Assembly: GCA_030770535.1 (NCBI GenBank)
Contig: JASVEC010000024.1
Coordinates: 434,001-498,000, forward strand
Length of the DNA: 64,000 bases
Direction of reading: 5' to 3'
From: Batkoa obscura
Taxonomy: Eukaryota
A program made the translations under genes and the position numbers. The notes beneath the pieces were generated by a model. It saw only the letters and a list, made by a program, of their open reading frames with translations. It made no database searches and was not told the DNA's origin. Position 1 is the first letter of the stretch, and each line of letters starts with the position of its first letter. Below, one piece after another: positions 62,307 to 64,000 of the stretch.

Positions 62307-64000
62307 AATCAATAAACTAATAAGTATTATTAAAATATTAGTCATAGTATATTTAAATTTTTGGAAGTAGTTACGTTGTCTCTTGTAAATAGTAAATTAT
62401 TCTATTTATGTTAAAAGACATTTTTATTTTTAGAATATGATTTAAAATTAATAATACAATTGACCAAATTTGGCCACAATTTTCGAATAAATTAAAATTG
62501 AATTAAAAATTATGATTTTATAAGAACATTACAAAAAACAGGATTTATAAAGGAATCATATATTGTTTTTGTTTTTGTTTATATTTTTATTGAATATTAA
62601 ATATTAAATATTAAATATTTACAACTCCAATCAACTTCAAAATGTCTGATAACTTCAAATTCGAAAACCTTGGATACTTTATAATTAAAGAAGTATTATA
62701 TCACCTTTCAATTAAAGATCAATGCAATTTATTTATATGCTGTAAAAAATGGAATAAAGTAATAATGCCTATATTGTTTGAACATGTTGATTTAAATGGT
62801 TGTCTTTATATGAAAGAAAAGAAAAAATCGATGCAAAAATATGGTCAATATGTTAAATCTTTAGATATTAAATACATTGAAGATTTCCCAAATAACTTAT
62901 CAGCATATCCAAACTGTACAGAATTATTTTTACCTTTAGATTTATATTTGAAAAATAGAGAGAAGTTAACACATATCCCGTCAATTGGTATTTATTATAT
63001 GCAATATATGGAATACATTGACAATATACCAATTGAAGATTATATAGCTGCAAACAGAGTTAGTATTGAGAAAGCATTTGAAAATTTAAAGCAATTTGAA
63101 GCTGTAGGCTCAGAAGATTATCTAGACAAATCTTTTGTAGAATTAATAATATTCGCCTTACCATCAACTGTAAGTTCCTTAAATCTAGAAAATATAGTTT
63201 ATGAAGATACTTTACACATTGAAAAATTACTAAATAGATTTGATAATTTAACAGTACTTGAACTATGTTATATTGAATTTGAATTAGAGCAATACAATTA
63301 TTTATCAAAGAGACAATTTCCAAAATTAAAACAATTAGTTATTAACTATATTGGTATACGAGATATAAACTATCCGTCAAACACCACTATCAATTTAAAT
63401 AATTATCCAAAACTTGAATCTCTTCATTATGAGACTTATTACTCAACATTAGCATTCAATGGTATATCCAATTTAAATAAATTAGAGCTGCATTGTTTTG
63501 ATTTATCAAAGTTAAACATGAGCAATAGGTTGTTTCCAAATTTAAGTCAACTAAGTTTATCTGGTTGTATCAATGTCTCGGCTAATCTTTTATACTCAGT
63601 TTTTAACATGTCAACAATCACTTATTTAGATCTATCTTACTGTCGTTTATCTATAATTGACCGTCATAATAATTTATTCTTAGTTAAAGAAATTTATCCA
63701 AGGAGAAAGAGTGGTATAATTACATTAAGGATTTTTGATACAACTTTAGGAATGGATTTTTTTAATTACATATATATGTGGTGTCCCAATTTATATAATC
63801 TTGAGTTAATAAGCTGTAAATTTAATATCGATGTACCTTTTTCAAATAATAAGTTAAAAGGTGATTCTAATTTGAATAATGTATTGTTTACATGCAGTAA
63901 TTGTCCCAATTCAACTAGTACTATAGATTTTATTTTAGAGAATTTCAAAAATATAAAATCATTTAAAGCTTCACAATATCAAGGTTTTTTAAAGGTATAG
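62307..64000. repeat. Long inverted repeat, partner of 46998-48792
   Basis: Near-identical reverse complement including ~335 bp upstream. Differences noticed: 2 SNPs and the MITE indel. Confidence 0.93.
62642..64000 (+). CDS. F-box/LRR protein, intronless, 452 aa (copy B, inverted duplicate of 46998-48356)
   Basis: Identical translation to copy A. Ends at TAG at the window edge. Confidence 0.87.
   Translation: MSDNFKFENLGYFIIKEVLYHLSIKDQCNLFICCKKWNKVIMPILFEHVDLNGCLYMKEKKKSMQKYGQYVKSLDIKYIEDFPNNLSAYPNCTELFLPLDLYLKNREKLTHIPSIGIYYMQYMEYIDNIPIEDYIAANRVSIEKAFENLKQFEAVGSEDYLDKSFVELIIFALPSTVSSLNLENIVYEDTLHIEKLLNRFDNLTVLELCYIEFELEQYNYLSKRQFPKLKQLVINYIGIRDINYPSNTTINLNNYPKLESLHYETYYSTLAFNGISNLNKLELHCFDLSKLNMSNRLFPNLSQLSLSGCINVSANLLYSVFNMSTITYLDLSYCRLSIIDRHNNLFLVKEIYPRRKSGIITLRIFDTTLGMDFFNYIYMWCPNLYNLELISCKFNIDVPFSNNKLKGDSNLNNVLFTCSNCPNSTSTIDFILENFKNIKSFKASQYQGFLKV

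Overview
Very AT-rich eukaryotic DNA with many short (~45-55 nt) GT-AG introns. Gene content indicates a fungus, probably an early-diverging lineage such as Entomophthorales/Conidiobolus-like (inference). Two kinds of region alternate. (i) Compact housekeeping blocks (1-15.7 kb, 30.5-39 kb, 53-62 kb) carry a cytochrome b5 reductase-like gene, mitochondrial AsnRS, UBC7, PAC3/PSMG3, CPSF5, a SIRT4-like sirtuin, TRM61, an acyl-CoA thioesterase, SRP40, a PHOSPHO-like phosphatase, an OPT transporter, an ERG27-like SDR, RPL36, and ZZZ3-like, PQ-loop, fungal TF-domain and HIRIP3-like genes. (ii) Accessory blocks (17-30 kb, 40.5-53 kb, 62.3-64 kb) are dominated by an intronless ~455-aa F-box/LRR family, with 3 intact copies and about 8 pseudogenes. 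These blocks also hold about 15 copies of a ~97-bp MITE (ends GGGGATGT...ACATCCCC, 4-bp A-W-W-T target duplication). Two intact F-box/LRR genes encode identical proteins and form an inverted duplication ~14 kb apart. One copy has the MITE ~85 bp upstream of its ATG and the other shows the clean empty site, which demonstrates mobility and fixes the element boundaries. Exon boundaries were read by eye, pseudogene limits are approximate, and no database searches were run.
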